A stretch of 64,000 nt of DNA from Geopsychrobacteraceae bacterium (GTDB lineage Bacteria; Desulfobacterota; Desulfuromonadia; Desulfuromonadales; Geopsychrobacteraceae), in NCBI GenBank assembly GCA_963662315.1, contig OY759353.1:288001-352000 (forward strand), read 5' to 3'. The notes beneath the pieces were generated by a model. The model searched no databases. It worked only from the letters and a program-made list of their open reading frames with translations, and was not told the DNA's origin. Both the position numbers and the translations under genes were made by a program. This document shows, one piece after another, positions 38,288 through 49,100 of the stretch. The stretch's first letter is position 1, and every line of letters starts with the position of its first letter.

Positions 38288-39310
38288 TTATTGCTTATGC
38301 TCGGTGATTTTGGCAAGCATAAAATCGAATATATCGTCACCGATAACGCCACGGTACTTATCCCACACCGGAATCATGGCTTTACGGAATTCTTCCCGTT
38401 CGGCATCGGTCAGATTGACAATATCAACACCTTTCTGCTTGCAGTATTCTTCGATGGAAATACCGAGCTGCGGCAGGTTCCTTTTGATCTCAGCGCTGCG
38501 TTCGCGGTTGACCTTGATTGCGATATCGGCAGCGTCACGGAAGATCTGCTGATATTCGGGGCTTAGGCGGTTCCAGAAGGCCGGATTGACCAGGATAATA
38601 CATTCGGTCAGTGCATGCTGAGTATTGGTGACATATTTGGTGACTTCCGGGAATTTCATCAGTACGGCAGTCATCAGCGGATTTTCCTGGGCATCGATAG
38701 TGCCAGTCTGCAGTGCGGTGTAGACTTCGGTAAAGGGAATGCCGACGGTTGATGCTCCCAGTTGGTTGAAGGTATCGAGGTAAGCAGGCGATTGCATAAC
38801 CCGTACTTTCAGACCTTTGATGTCGGCAGGGGTACGCACCGGACGCTTGGTGTTGGAAAAATCACGAATCTCATTTTCGACCCAACCAATACCGACATAG
38901 CCTTTTTTCGGCAGGTAAGAAAAAATTTTGTCTTTTACCGCCTGATCGTCCAGCACTGCGTAAGCTGTCGCACGATTCGGGAACAGGAACGGCATATCAA
39001 GGATAGCGACTTCGGGAACAAAGTTCTGCAGCACTGCGGTGGTTACAGCAGCAATCTGCAGGCTGCCGGACTGAACCTGGGATGCCATGGAGCGTTCGTT
39101 GCCAAGCTGTCCCTGGGGAAAGGTTGCAATGTCGATTTTGCCGTTGGTCTTTTCGCGAACGTAATCAGCAAATGCATCGATCCCTTTTGACATACCGTGA
39201 AAGGTCGGCGCAATATGGCCAAATTTTACTTTCGCCGCAAGAGTGGTTGTCGGAAGGGATGCGACAATTAGCAGGGCAACGAGGCAACCAAGCAATCTCT
39301 TCATAATCAT
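38288..39310 (-). CDS. dctP: TRAP transporter substrate-binding protein
   Basis: Signal peptide; QLGNE, GLKVRV, EVYTALQTGTIDAQENP. Confidence 0.95.
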   Translation of the reverse strand: MIMKRLLGCLVALLIVASLPTTTLAAKVKFGHIAPTFHGMSKGIDAFADYVREKTNGKIDIATFPQGQLGNERSMASQVQSGSLQIAAVTTAVLQNFVPEVAILDMPFLFPNRATAYAVLDDQAVKDKIFSYLPKKGYVGIGWVENEIRDFSNTKRPVRTPADIKGLKVRVMQSPAYLDTFNQLGASTVGIPFTEVYTALQTGTIDAQENPLMTAVLMKFPEVTKYVTNTQHALTECIILVNPAFWNRLSPEYQQIFRDAADIAIKVNRERSAEIKRNLPQLGISIEEYCKQKGVDIVNLTDAEREEFRKAMIPVWDKYRGVIGDDIFDFMLAKITEHKQ

Positions 39311-39664
39311 GATCTCCTGAAATTAAATAATGAACACCGCAAGCAGCCATTGCTATGCGCTACAAAAAACAAGACACTATTCCATGAGCATCAATTCCCC
39401 GCATGACACCCACTGTTTGGTGGTAGTAAACGTGGTTTTGGTGCGCTGAAAAACTATGTGAGTTCAGGGGCTTGCAAGATAATATGGCGAGTGCGGGCTG
39501 TCAAGATACTTTGCCTTTCATGCTGGTATTTGGTGCGATAAAACCGGTCGCAGGGGACGATGAAAACATTGCCAGAGAGGTGTTGTCATTGTTATGTTGA
39601 CGTTCGGTAGAGACGCACCTGTGACGGGTATTGAAGAGCTGCCGATGAAAAGGATGATTGCTGT

Positions 39665-41032
39665 ATGGGCAAGAGAGCTGAAGCCGGTTCTGTGACCGAG
39701 ACGATTCTGGAAAGCATTTCCGACGGTGTCTTCACTGTAGATAACCAGTGGCATATTACCTCGTTTAACCGGGCTGCGGAGGAAATTACCGGGGTGCCGC
39801 GCAGCGAGGCCATCGGGAGGCGCTGTGCGGAAGTTTTCCGGTCCAATATGTGTGACGGCGAATGCCCGTTGCGTCAGACCTTGGAGAGTGGCAAGCCACA
39901 GATCGGCACAGCAGGTTATATGATCAATGCCAAAGGCAAGCCCGTTTCCATCAGTGTTTCAACCGCAGTTTTGAGAGATCGTGACGGGAAGATCATGGGT
40001 GGTGCCGAGACGTTTCGGGATTTGACCGAAATCGAAGCGCTGCGTCAGGAACTGGCCGGACGTCATCGTCTGGGCGAGTTAATCAGCCGCAGTCCGCAGA
40101 TGCATCGCGTTTTCGAAATATTACCGGCCATTGCAGCCAGTCCAAGTACGGTGATGATCTTGGGTGAAACGGGGACCGGCAAAGAACTGGTCGCTCGTGC
40201 GATTCATTCCATGAGTTCGCGCAAAGGACCTTTTGTGGCGTTAAATTGTGCCGCCTTGCCCGATACCCTGCTGGAATCGGAGCTGTTTGGTTATAAAGCC
40301 GGGGCGTTTACCGGCGCTTTCAAAGATAAACCGGGGCGCTTTGCCATGGCGCGCGGCGGGACGATTTTTCTTGATGAGATCGGTGAAATCAGTTCCGCTT
40401 TGCAAGTCCGGCTGTTGCGGGTCCTGCAGGAGCGCACCTTTGAACCGCTTGGGTCCAACCGCCCGGAAACCACCGACGCTCGCGTGGTGGTGGCCACCAA
40501 TCGTGATCTGATGGCCTTGATCGGGAAAAAGATGTTCCGTGAAGACCTTTATTACCGGATCAATGTTATGCAGCTTGAGCTGCCGCCGCTGCGCCAGCGT
40601 AAGGAAGATATTCCTTTACTGGTTGAGCAGTTTATTGCCCGCTTTAATAAGTTGCAGGGTAAGCAGGTGCGGGGCATTTCCCCTGAGGCTCTGGCGCTGC
40701 TCATGGCGCACCGTTGGCCGGGTAACATCCGTGAACTTGAAAACGTTATTGAAAGAGCTTTTATCCTCTGTGGTGATGCTGCCATTGATATGGCCCATCT
40801 GCCTGCTGAACTGACGATGTTTGCCGCCACCGATCATCAGGACGGAACAATGCGCATGGCCCATGACACCCTTGACTCGCAGGCGATTCAGGCAGCCCTG
40901 AAGCGGAATCAATACAACCGGTTGGCGACCGCCCGGGAGCTCGGTATCCATAAAACCACGCTGTTTCGTAAAATCAAAAAGCTCGGGATTAATCTTCCCG
41001 GGCGCGACGGACGCCACAAAGAGTCACTGTGA
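39665..41032 (+). CDS. PAS-domain sigma-54 enhancer-binding protein (OrpR-like)
   Basis: PAS with C-x8-C-x3-C ([14 protein letters not shown]); [22 protein letters not shown]; Fis-type HTH. Confidence 0.92.
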   Translation: MGKRAEAGSVTETILESISDGVFTVDNQWHITSFNRAAEEITGVPRSEAIGRRCAEVFRSNMCDGECPLRQTLESGKPQIGTAGYMINAKGKPVSISVSTAVLRDRDGKIMGGAETFRDLTEIEALRQELAGRHRLGELISRSPQMHRVFEILPAIAASPSTVMILGETGTGKELVARAIHSMSSRKGPFVALNCAALPDTLLESELFGYKAGAFTGAFKDKPGRFAMARGGTIFLDEIGEISSALQVRLLRVLQERTFEPLGSNRPETTDARVVVATNRDLMALIGKKMFREDLYYRINVMQLELPPLRQRKEDIPLLVEQFIARFNKLQGKQVRGISPEALALLMAHRWPGNIRELENVIERAFILCGDAAIDMAHLPAELTMFAATDHQDGTMRMAHDTLDSQAIQAALKRNQYNRLATARELGIHKTTLFRKIKKLGINLPGRDGRHKESL

Positions 41033-41063
41033 GCCCTTCTCTTCAGCGCAGCTGTTTTGCAGG

Positions 41064-41113
41064 GTAGCTGATTTGCTACTCTTGTCATGGCAGTGGAGTA
41101 GCGGGCATGCTAC
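41064..41113. promoter_or_regulatory. Tandem palindromic candidate enhancer sites GTAGC-N6-GCTAC
   Basis: gtagctgatttgctac (41064-41079) and gtagcgggcatgctac (41098-41113), about 90-140 bp upstream of a -24/-12 motif. Confidence 0.65.
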
Positions 41114-41199
41114 TCCACTGTTTTTTTATCTTCTTATTTATAGCGTAAAAAATAACACAATTCTCATGGCTTGGAACTGTTTTTCCGCTTGGTGCCCGA

Positions 41200-41216
41200 T
41201 TGGTCCGTCTTTTGCT
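41200..41216 (+). promoter_or_regulatory. Sigma-54 promoter (-24/-12)
   Basis: TTGG-tccgtctttt-GCT (GG-N10-GC) upstream of the NifU-Mrp gene. Confidence 0.7.
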
Positions 41217-41307
41217 GAGTCATAACAGATAGATTCTTTAAAACTCGTTATGATGGTTTATTTGCTGTGGGGACGCTGCAGCAGTGCACTGCCAGGAGGT
41301 TTGGTTT

Positions 41308-42504
41308 ATGGAAGCATCTGAGTATGACATGTTTTCGGTCGTTGCGCAGGATCACGCAACGCGTCCGCGTAATCTTGGTCCTTTACCCGTCTACAATGGT
41401 CATTACCGGCTGACCGGACCCTGTGGCGATACCATGGAGTTCTGGGTGAATATCCACAACAATCAGGTGACGGAAGCCAGTTTTGTTACGGATGGCTGTG
41501 GATCCTCTTTAGCCTGTGGCAGTATGGCGACCGTATTGGCCAAAGGGGAAAGCGTCGCACAGGTTATTGCGACCAGACCTCAGGAATTGCTGGCGGCCCT
41601 GGCCGGCCTGCCGGAAGAGCTTGAACATTGTGCTTTTCTGGCTAACGACACTTTGCGTAAGGCGTGTGAAAATTATCTGAAAAATGCGCCGCCCGTGGCA
41701 GCTCCCAGCCCTGACGGGGATGTTTTAGCGCAACGTCTGGCCCGCATCAAACATAAGGTGGCGGTCTTTTCCGGTAAGGGGGGCGTCGGCAAAAGCACTG
41801 TCGCCGTAAACCTGGCCACCGCTCTGGCTCTGGCGGGCCACCAGGTCGGTTTGCTCGACACAGATATCCATGGGCCGAGTATTCCGACCATGCTGGGGTG
41901 TGAGAATTACTCTCTCGACGCAGATGGCGACGGTCTGCAACCCGCCTCGGTCGGTGGTCTGAAGGTTATGTCCCTGGGCTTTTTACTGCAAAATCCTGAC
42001 GACGCGGTGATCTGGCGCGGTCCCCGCAAAATGGCAGTGATCAAGCAATTCCTGCAGGATGTCGCCTGGGGGGATCTGGACTACCTGATCATCGATTCCC
42101 CGCCGGGGACCGGTGATGAGCCCTTGTCCCTCTGCCAGCTTATCGGTGCCATGGACGGTGCTGTCATTGTGACGACCCCGCAGAAAGTCGCCGCAGTCGA
42201 TGTGCGCAAATCCATCTCTTTCTGCCGTCAACTGCAGGTTCCGGTGCTGGGCATTGTGGAAAATATGAGCGGTTACGTCTGCCCGAAATGTGGTGATATC
42301 AGTCATATCCTGCCTGCCGGCGGGGGAGCGAAGATTGCCGCTGATATGAATATCCCTCTGCTTGGGGCTATCCCCATGGATCCGCAGGTAGCCTTTGCCG
42401 GTGACAATGGCACCCCCTATCTACAACAGTTTGCGGAAACCCAGACCGCAGCAATAATGCGCAACCTGATTGAACCACTGTTGGCACAACAACAGCCTCA
42501 ATAG
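41308..42504 (+). CDS. IscU/NifU-N domain fused to Mrp/NBP35 (ApbC) Fe-S carrier ATPase
   Basis: GPCGD...DGCG...EHCA, then SGKGGVGKST, WRGP, DSPPGTGD, ENMSGYVCPKC. Confidence 0.92.
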   Translation: MEASEYDMFSVVAQDHATRPRNLGPLPVYNGHYRLTGPCGDTMEFWVNIHNNQVTEASFVTDGCGSSLACGSMATVLAKGESVAQVIATRPQELLAALAGLPEELEHCAFLANDTLRKACENYLKNAPPVAAPSPDGDVLAQRLARIKHKVAVFSGKGGVGKSTVAVNLATALALAGHQVGLLDTDIHGPSIPTMLGCENYSLDADGDGLQPASVGGLKVMSLGFLLQNPDDAVIWRGPRKMAVIKQFLQDVAWGDLDYLIIDSPPGTGDEPLSLCQLIGAMDGAVIVTTPQKVAAVDVRKSISFCRQLQVPVLGIVENMSGYVCPKCGDISHILPAGGGAKIAADMNIPLLGAIPMDPQVAFAGDNGTPYLQQFAETQTAAIMRNLIEPLLAQQQPQ

Positions 42505-42590
42505 GCGTTTTTTAAAATCCGATGTGATTTTTAACTGCGGGTCCACTTTGAGTGGGTCTGAAATATCATCCTCAAAGGAGTCATAAACAG

Positions 42591-43943
42591 ATGAAAACTG
42601 ATGTTCTGGTCATTGGCAGCAGTGCTGCCGGCCTTGTTGCGGCCACTACGGCCAAGCGTGTTTATCCAGATAAAGACGTCACCGTTGTCACGCGTATGCC
42701 ACAGACCCTGGTTCCCTGCGGCATTCCATATATTTTCGGTACCCTCGGGTCAAGCGACAAAGATGTCATGCCCGTGGGCAAAATGTTTGAAGGCGCAGGT
42801 GTTACGCTGGTACATAACGAAGTCGTCAGCATTGACCGCGAGAATCGGCGTGTGTTACTGGCCGATGACAGTGAGATTTGTTATGACAAGCTGGTGCTTG
42901 GAACCGGTTCATTACCACATAAGCCCGGCTGGCTTGCAGGGCAGGACCTGGATCGGGTCTTTTATGTTCCTAAAGATAAGGACTACCTTGATCACATGCT
43001 GGAGACGCTGTCCGGCTGTCAGCAGGTTGTTGTTATCGGTGCCGGTTTTATCGGCGTCGAGGTGTCTGACGAACTGGTCAAGGCGGGCAAACAGGTCCAG
43101 CTGGTAGAACAATTGCCCCATATTCTCGGTATGGCCTTTGATGAGGATGTGGCGGTCCGTTTTGAGGATCTGGTTAAGGAACGTGGTGTTGAGGTTCTGA
43201 CCGGCGTTGGGGTCCAGAAAATTTTGGGGAGCCAGGCCGTCAGTGGCGTTGAACTGAACAACGGTCAGACGTTGAAAGCTGATGCAGTGGTGCTGGCCAT
43301 GGGCTACCGTCCCAATGTTGACCTGGCACAAAAGGCCGGCCTGCCTTTGAGCACCTTAGGGTTTATCAAGGTTGATGAATATATGCGTACCGAGGATCCG
43401 TATATTTTTGCTGTTGGCGATTGTGCCGAAAAGCGAGATTTTATCACGCGCAAGGCCGTCCCGACGATGCTGGCGTCAACCGCCTGTGCAGAAGGGCGGA
43501 TTGCCGGCATGAACTTATTTTACCTGTCCGCCATTAAAACTTTTAATGGAACTATCTCGATTTTTTCAACTGCGGTTGGTGACACAGGTGCTGGCGTTGC
43601 CGGGCTGACTGAAAAAGTTGCCACGCGCGAACATTTCAATTATGTCGTTGGGGCTTTTGAGGGGATTGATCGCCACCCGGGAACCCTGGCTGATACCCAT
43701 AGTCAGTTTGTCAAACTGGTGGTCGGTAAGGAATCCGGGGTCATTCTTGGTGGAGAGGTTTATGGGGGTTTGTCAACCGGTGAGTTGATCAACACGATCG
43801 GTTTGATTATTCAAGCCCGGATGACGGTTAATTCACTGCTGACGGCTCAAGTGGGATCCCACCCCCTGATGTCGGCGTCACCGGCGGGCTATCCTTTGAT
43901 TAAGGCTGCAGAAAGTGCCATGAGTAAAATGCTTGGAAACTGA
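42591..43943 (+). CDS. FAD-dependent pyridine nucleotide-disulfide oxidoreductase (NADH oxidase/CoA-disulfide reductase-like)
   Basis: VLVIGSSAAG, PCGIPY redox Cys, GAGFIGVE, IFAVGDC. Confidence 0.9.
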   Translation: MKTDVLVIGSSAAGLVAATTAKRVYPDKDVTVVTRMPQTLVPCGIPYIFGTLGSSDKDVMPVGKMFEGAGVTLVHNEVVSIDRENRRVLLADDSEICYDKLVLGTGSLPHKPGWLAGQDLDRVFYVPKDKDYLDHMLETLSGCQQVVVIGAGFIGVEVSDELVKAGKQVQLVEQLPHILGMAFDEDVAVRFEDLVKERGVEVLTGVGVQKILGSQAVSGVELNNGQTLKADAVVLAMGYRPNVDLAQKAGLPLSTLGFIKVDEYMRTEDPYIFAVGDCAEKRDFITRKAVPTMLASTACAEGRIAGMNLFYLSAIKTFNGTISIFSTAVGDTGAGVAGLTEKVATREHFNYVVGAFEGIDRHPGTLADTHSQFVKLVVGKESGVILGGEVYGGLSTGELINTIGLIIQARMTVNSLLTAQVGSHPLMSASPAGYPLIKAAESAMSKMLGN

Positions 43944-44037
43944 TCTGTCCTCGCTCAACGTTCTGTCGTCCAGAAGACTGGCAAAGCGTTGGGAGAGCTG
44001 TGCCAGGGGGAAATTATTACCCCTGGCTTTTTTTTGC

Positions 44038-44499
44038 CTAGAATGGTGCTTTAAGCTGCTGTTTAAAGCGCAAGTGTGCGCGGGCTTTTTTTACCCACAC
44101 GGGAATGTTCGTTTCACCATCTTCAAGATCGGCAGACAGCCAGGAAAAGCCGCCGTTACGTAGCAGTTCCAGATGGCCAAGATACTGTTCTCTGGCCCAC
44201 ATATCACCCTGATTGCCCCGATGTTTCAGGATCAGGCGCAAGCGCAGGTCCCAGTAGCGGGCCGCAGCGCCGCGACGTTCTGTGACTGGCCCCCAGATGC
44301 CGCCGAAATAAAAAGACAGATAAATGGCTGAGCGCAGGTAACCTCGCCGTGCTGAGGCGCGCAGATATGCAATCCCCTTGGGTATGTTGATGTTGCAGCC
44401 CTTACGCCCTTTAAGATGGGTTACGCCAAGGATAAACCCTGACTGCAGCCGTCCGGCCTGCCACTGGCGTTCTAGAAATCTCAGATCAACCTGTCCCAT
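44038..44499 (-). CDS. Hypothetical protein, Sel1-like helical motif
   Basis: 153-aa ORF with GGAGG RBS; LGVTHLKG...GIAYLRASARRG. Confidence 0.55.
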   Translation of the reverse strand: MGQVDLRFLERQWQAGRLQSGFILGVTHLKGRKGCNINIPKGIAYLRASARRGYLRSAIYLSFYFGGIWGPVTERRGAAARYWDLRLRLILKHRGNQGDMWAREQYLGHLELLRNGGFSWLSADLEDGETNIPVWVKKARAHLRFKQQLKAPF

Positions 44500-44515
44500 G
44501 GCTTAGATCCTCCGC

Positions 44516-44959
44516 TCAGATGAAGCTGATTTTATCATCATGATCAGACGGCAGAACTGTTTTACCTGCGTCATCTCTTTTCACGGACACTTCCTGGTTG
44601 GACAGGAGCTGCAGAATAATTTTCATCGCCGAGAGCCGGACTGGCTTCCATAGAAAATATTGACAGATGTCATTGTTGTCATTGTTGGCGCTAAAGTCAG
44701 CTTTTCCGGTCATCAGAATCCGTACAATTTTAGGATACTTCTGTTTGATGAAGGCCAGTAACTCGACGCCGCTGGTTCCCGGCATGTAGACATCAGAAAT
44801 GATGATTTCAACGTTGCCGTTCGCTATGACTTCGAGAGCTTGTTCGGCATTTTGGGCATAGCAGAACATCCAGGTTTTGGACAGGGGGTGCAGCATCCGT
44901 CTCAGACCATCTAAAGCGAGGGGATCATCATCTACAAACAGGATAGAGTTGGAAGTCAT
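44516..44959 (-). CDS. Single-domain response regulator
   Basis: ILFVDDD, SDVYMP, LMTG, KP. Confidence 0.88.
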   Translation of the reverse strand: MTSNSILFVDDDPLALDGLRRMLHPLSKTWMFCYAQNAEQALEVIANGNVEIIISDVYMPGTSGVELLAFIKQKYPKIVRILMTGKADFSANNDNNDICQYFLWKPVRLSAMKIILQLLSNQEVSVKRDDAGKTVLPSDHDDKISFI

Positions 44960-44998
44960 GGATTGCTCCTGTATTCGAAACGCATTGCTTCAGGTTGA

Positions 44999-46171
44999 CT
45001 ATTCATTGACCTGACGGCAGAACTCCAGGGACGCCTTAAGGTCGCGTTGTGAGTTCAGCACTTGATATTCTGGTTCTGACTTGTCCAGAAGCCCTTGGCA
45101 AATGCGGTTAGCATGCCAGACCGCAGTGGCGATGCTATGTTTGGCGTTGAATTTTATCGTATCTGGATCCAGATGGAAATAGATTGCTTCGACCAACTGT
45201 GGTGGCAGACCCCACAGCGCTGCCAGGTAAGCGCCTATCTCGGCGTGGTTGACCCCCATGATCTGTTCTTCAGCACTATGATAGGTTTTCTGCTGGGACA
45301 CCATGATGTTATGGATGTCCCAATATTTATCCGGAAAGCTGGTCATAATGACAAAGCGCCCAATATCATGAAGTATCCCGCCAATAGTGCAATAGGCTTT
45401 AAGGGTCGGATCACCCGAATCTCTGACCAGTCCTTCGGCGAGGCGTGCCGTCAGAATACTGTGCTCCCAGATTTTTGCTATCTCGCCACGCACCGCCTCG
45501 GGCAGATTGGCGGGCAGGGCATAAATCGTATGGGCCAAAACCAATCCGCGCAGGGTATTGATACCGAGGTATTGCAGGGCTTCTTCAAGGGAATTGATCT
45601 GGCGGACCAGTCCGATAAATGCAGAGTTCACCATCTTCAGGATCTGCATGGTCAGGCTGACATCATTGCGGATAATCTCGGCCAGCTGCTGGAAGTCACT
45701 TTCCGGCTGATCGAGTTGCGCGGTGAGGCGGACAAAATTCTCCGGCAGGGTGGGCAGGGTCGTCATGCCATTGATGGTGTCGATCAGGCTGTCTTTGGTC
45801 AAGATCCCCGACAATTGCTGCAGACGTTCGAGTAATGGTTTCAGAACCTCTATTTTTAGTGGTTTCCAGAGGAAATAATGACAGATATTGATTGATTCTG
45901 CGTAGGTTTCTTTGTCGGGCTGGCCAGTCAGCAGAATTCGGATGGTTTTGGGATGTTTAGCGCGGATTCGCGACAGGAGCTCGTGGCCGCTTATCTGCGG
46001 CATCCTGAAATCGGAAACGATGACATCGATCGGATTTGTCTCAATATAGTCAAGAGCCTCCTGGGGATGATTGAAAAAAGACATGGCCCATTCACTGCGT
46101 AAAGGATAAAGCCCTCTTTTTAAACCCTTGAGCAGGTTGGCGTCATCATCAACAAAAACGATCTTTTTCAT
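44999..46171 (-). CDS. Receiver-HDOD domain protein
   Basis: FVDDD...SDFRMP; LPTLP, ILKMVNSAF, GILHDIG, HAEIGAYLAALWGLP. Confidence 0.92.
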   Translation of the reverse strand: MKKIVFVDDDANLLKGLKRGLYPLRSEWAMSFFNHPQEALDYIETNPIDVIVSDFRMPQISGHELLSRIRAKHPKTIRILLTGQPDKETYAESINICHYFLWKPLKIEVLKPLLERLQQLSGILTKDSLIDTINGMTTLPTLPENFVRLTAQLDQPESDFQQLAEIIRNDVSLTMQILKMVNSAFIGLVRQINSLEEALQYLGINTLRGLVLAHTIYALPANLPEAVRGEIAKIWEHSILTARLAEGLVRDSGDPTLKAYCTIGGILHDIGRFVIMTSFPDKYWDIHNIMVSQQKTYHSAEEQIMGVNHAEIGAYLAALWGLPPQLVEAIYFHLDPDTIKFNAKHSIATAVWHANRICQGLLDKSEPEYQVLNSQRDLKASLEFCRQVNE

Positions 46172-46177
46172 AAAGGC

Positions 46178-49100
46178 TCATTTCTCCTGACCAGTCGGTA
46201 CGCGAATGGTGAATGTCGTGTGATCGTCGACAACGCTGTCGCAGTGAACTGTCCCACCATGTTTATTGACAACAATATCATAAACGATGGACAAGCCCTG
46301 ACCTGAGCCTTTTCCGACCCCTTTGGTGGTAAAAAAGAGGTCGAATATTTTATGCAGGTTGGCCTGCTCTATGCCACTGCCGGTGTCTGTAATTGTCAAC
46401 TCCAGGGTGTTTCTGGATATGGCTTTGGTGGTAATGGTAATTTTGCCCATCTCCCCGGCGGATTGTTTTTCTTTAATGGCATCAGCCGCATTGACAATCA
46501 GGTTCAGCAGGACCTGGCTCCAGGCACTGGCGTCGCACAGGAATAACGGCAGGTCGGGTTCCAGCTGTAAATCGACCGTTGCACAGTATTTCCATTCGTT
46601 ACGGGTGACGATAAGCGCATTGTCAATCAGCTTATTCAATTGTGCCGGTTCCTTGGTACCACTTCCGGGATGACTGAATTCCTTCATCGCGGCAACAATG
46701 CGGGTGACGTGCTCAATTCCGGTCAATGAATCTTCCAGACCCTCCGGGACTTCCTCACGGATAAAATCAAAATCAATACTGGATGCCTTATCGCGCAAGT
46801 CCCGGATGCAGGCTCCCTCATCCGGTTGCTGTTCGGCGAGCCAGCGACGCAAAGCAACAATCAAGGGTTCAACGCTTTGATAGGTGTTGCGGAAAAAGGC
46901 CAGATTATTTTGAATATACTGGATCGGAGTATTAATTTCATGAGCGATTCCTGCCGCCAGCTGACCGATCGATTCAAGTTTCTGAGCCTGAAGCAGTTGC
47001 TGCTGAAGGGTCCGTTCCTGGCGGACATCACGCCACAGCGAGACATAATGGGTGAGCTTGTTATTTTTGTCCCGGACCGGGGAGATGGTGAGTTCGACTT
47101 CAAAGAATTCTCCCTGTTTGGAACGGTTGGTCAATGATCCTTTCCAGACCCGTTCGGTTCTCAGGGTCGCCCAGATGTTTTTATAGAAATCTGCGCTGTG
47201 TGCACCACTTTTGAAGATAGAGATATCCTGGCCGATCAGCTCTTCCGTAAGATAACCGGACATGGCGGAGATAGCGATGTTGGCGAATTCAATGGTACCG
47301 TTGGTCGCCGAGACCAGAATTCCTTCAGAGGTTTGTTCAAACACGGTTGAAAGGAGTTTCTGCTGTGCTTCTGCATGGTGCCGTTCAGTCACGTCGTGAA
47401 TAAATAAAACTCTCCCGATCGTGCCTTGTAATTCGGTTTCTGAGGCGTGCAAAGCAATGAATAGTTCTCCGCACGGTGTGGCGATTGAAAATTCAACCGG
47501 AGAGGGGAGGGAAAGCTTATCTTTGATGCTGGATAGAATGTTCTCACGCAACTCGGCCGTTGGCATGGCGTATTCCCGGCTCCAAAGATCCAACTGCACG
47601 GCAAAGGTTTGATTGTGCTGCAATATGTTGCCAGCATTATCAATGACCAGTAAACCACCGGGGATGATATGCAGAATATTTTCGACGAAGTGCCGATGGG
47701 CTTGAGCTTCATTCAGCGCAGTTTTTAGTGCCGAGACATCCTTTGCACCGGCGACAACGCCTATGATCTCATCATGATCATTGCGCAGGGCGGATAGGTT
47801 GATGGATACCGGAAGCTGTTCTCCGCTGTGTTTTTTAAGCGTCAGTTCGATATTGCGCAGTGCCTGTTGCTGTTTATAGTCGGGCTGTTGATAAAATCTA
47901 AAATATTTTGCGACACTCGCGGCATCTTCCTGAAACAGATTGGTTACCGGTTGACCAATTATGGCGTTATCCTGATATCCCAGCAGGCTGCATGTTTCTT
48001 TATTGACCCGCATAATCGTGAGATCTTGGTTGACAACCAATAAGCTATCCAGAAAGCTGGAAATAACCGAATCAGCTTCCTGTCGTGCTTCCTGTGCATC
48101 ACGTAAGGCATTTTGCAGGGCCGTGATTTCAAGGTGGATGCCCAGTATTTCCCGGGGGCTGCCATCGGCTGTGTGGCTGATGACCTGGCCGGCATCGCGG
48201 ACCCAGATATAGTGCCCCTGTTTGTGACGCAGGCGATAATCTGCCCGAAAACGCTCACTTTCTCCTTTTAGATGGGTTGCCCATAAAGCTTCAACCCTGG
48301 GCCAGTCATCCGGGTGAACCAGCTCTACCCACGATTCAACATTGGGAATGATTTCATCTTTATTGAATCCCAGCATTTGCGCCCAGCCTTCATTGATAAT
48401 GAATTCTCCGGTACTGGCGTTTTTGACCCAGGTTCCGAGTTTGGCCGCATCAATAATCAGCCTTATTTCTTCATTTTTCTGGTGCAGTTTCTTTTTATTC
48501 TCTTTAAGGGTTTGAAGGCTTTCATTTAACGCCTGGCTTCGTGCGGTAGAACGGACCAGACGCAGCATGGTTACAATGATGATGATGGACAACAGTGAGG
48601 CCGTAGCGAAGTGCATTAGTGGTGCTTTGTCATTGAGCAGATTATCTGCGTCCATCACATGGATAAGAGTCAGGGGATAATTTTTCAGTGGATTGGTAAA
48701 TATAGCCGCACGGTGTGGGTAATCGTCATGTTGTACTTCAGCCTGCTTAAAAGAGCTGGCCAGGGTATACACTGTTTTCTCTGTCAGGTCGGTATAAGGC
48801 AGGACTTCTTTTACAGAGGTGGTGTTGGAAATCAGCAGCAACTGGAGCGGTTTTATCTGACGACTGTCAAGGGGACTGTGGTTGGGACGTTCCAATACTT
48901 TGGCCAGGGAATCCAGGTTGATCGTGGCAACCAGGTAACCGGGCTCATCGTTATTGTCTTTAACCGGGGCATACAGGTACAGCTGGCGCTGATCAACCGT
49001 ACTGTTGTCAGGAGTGCTTCGGGCGCGCTTTATCGCACGTTTATCCTGGCTGAAATCGGAATTCGGCCAGCTGACAAGCGGACTGTTCTGTCGGTCGTAA

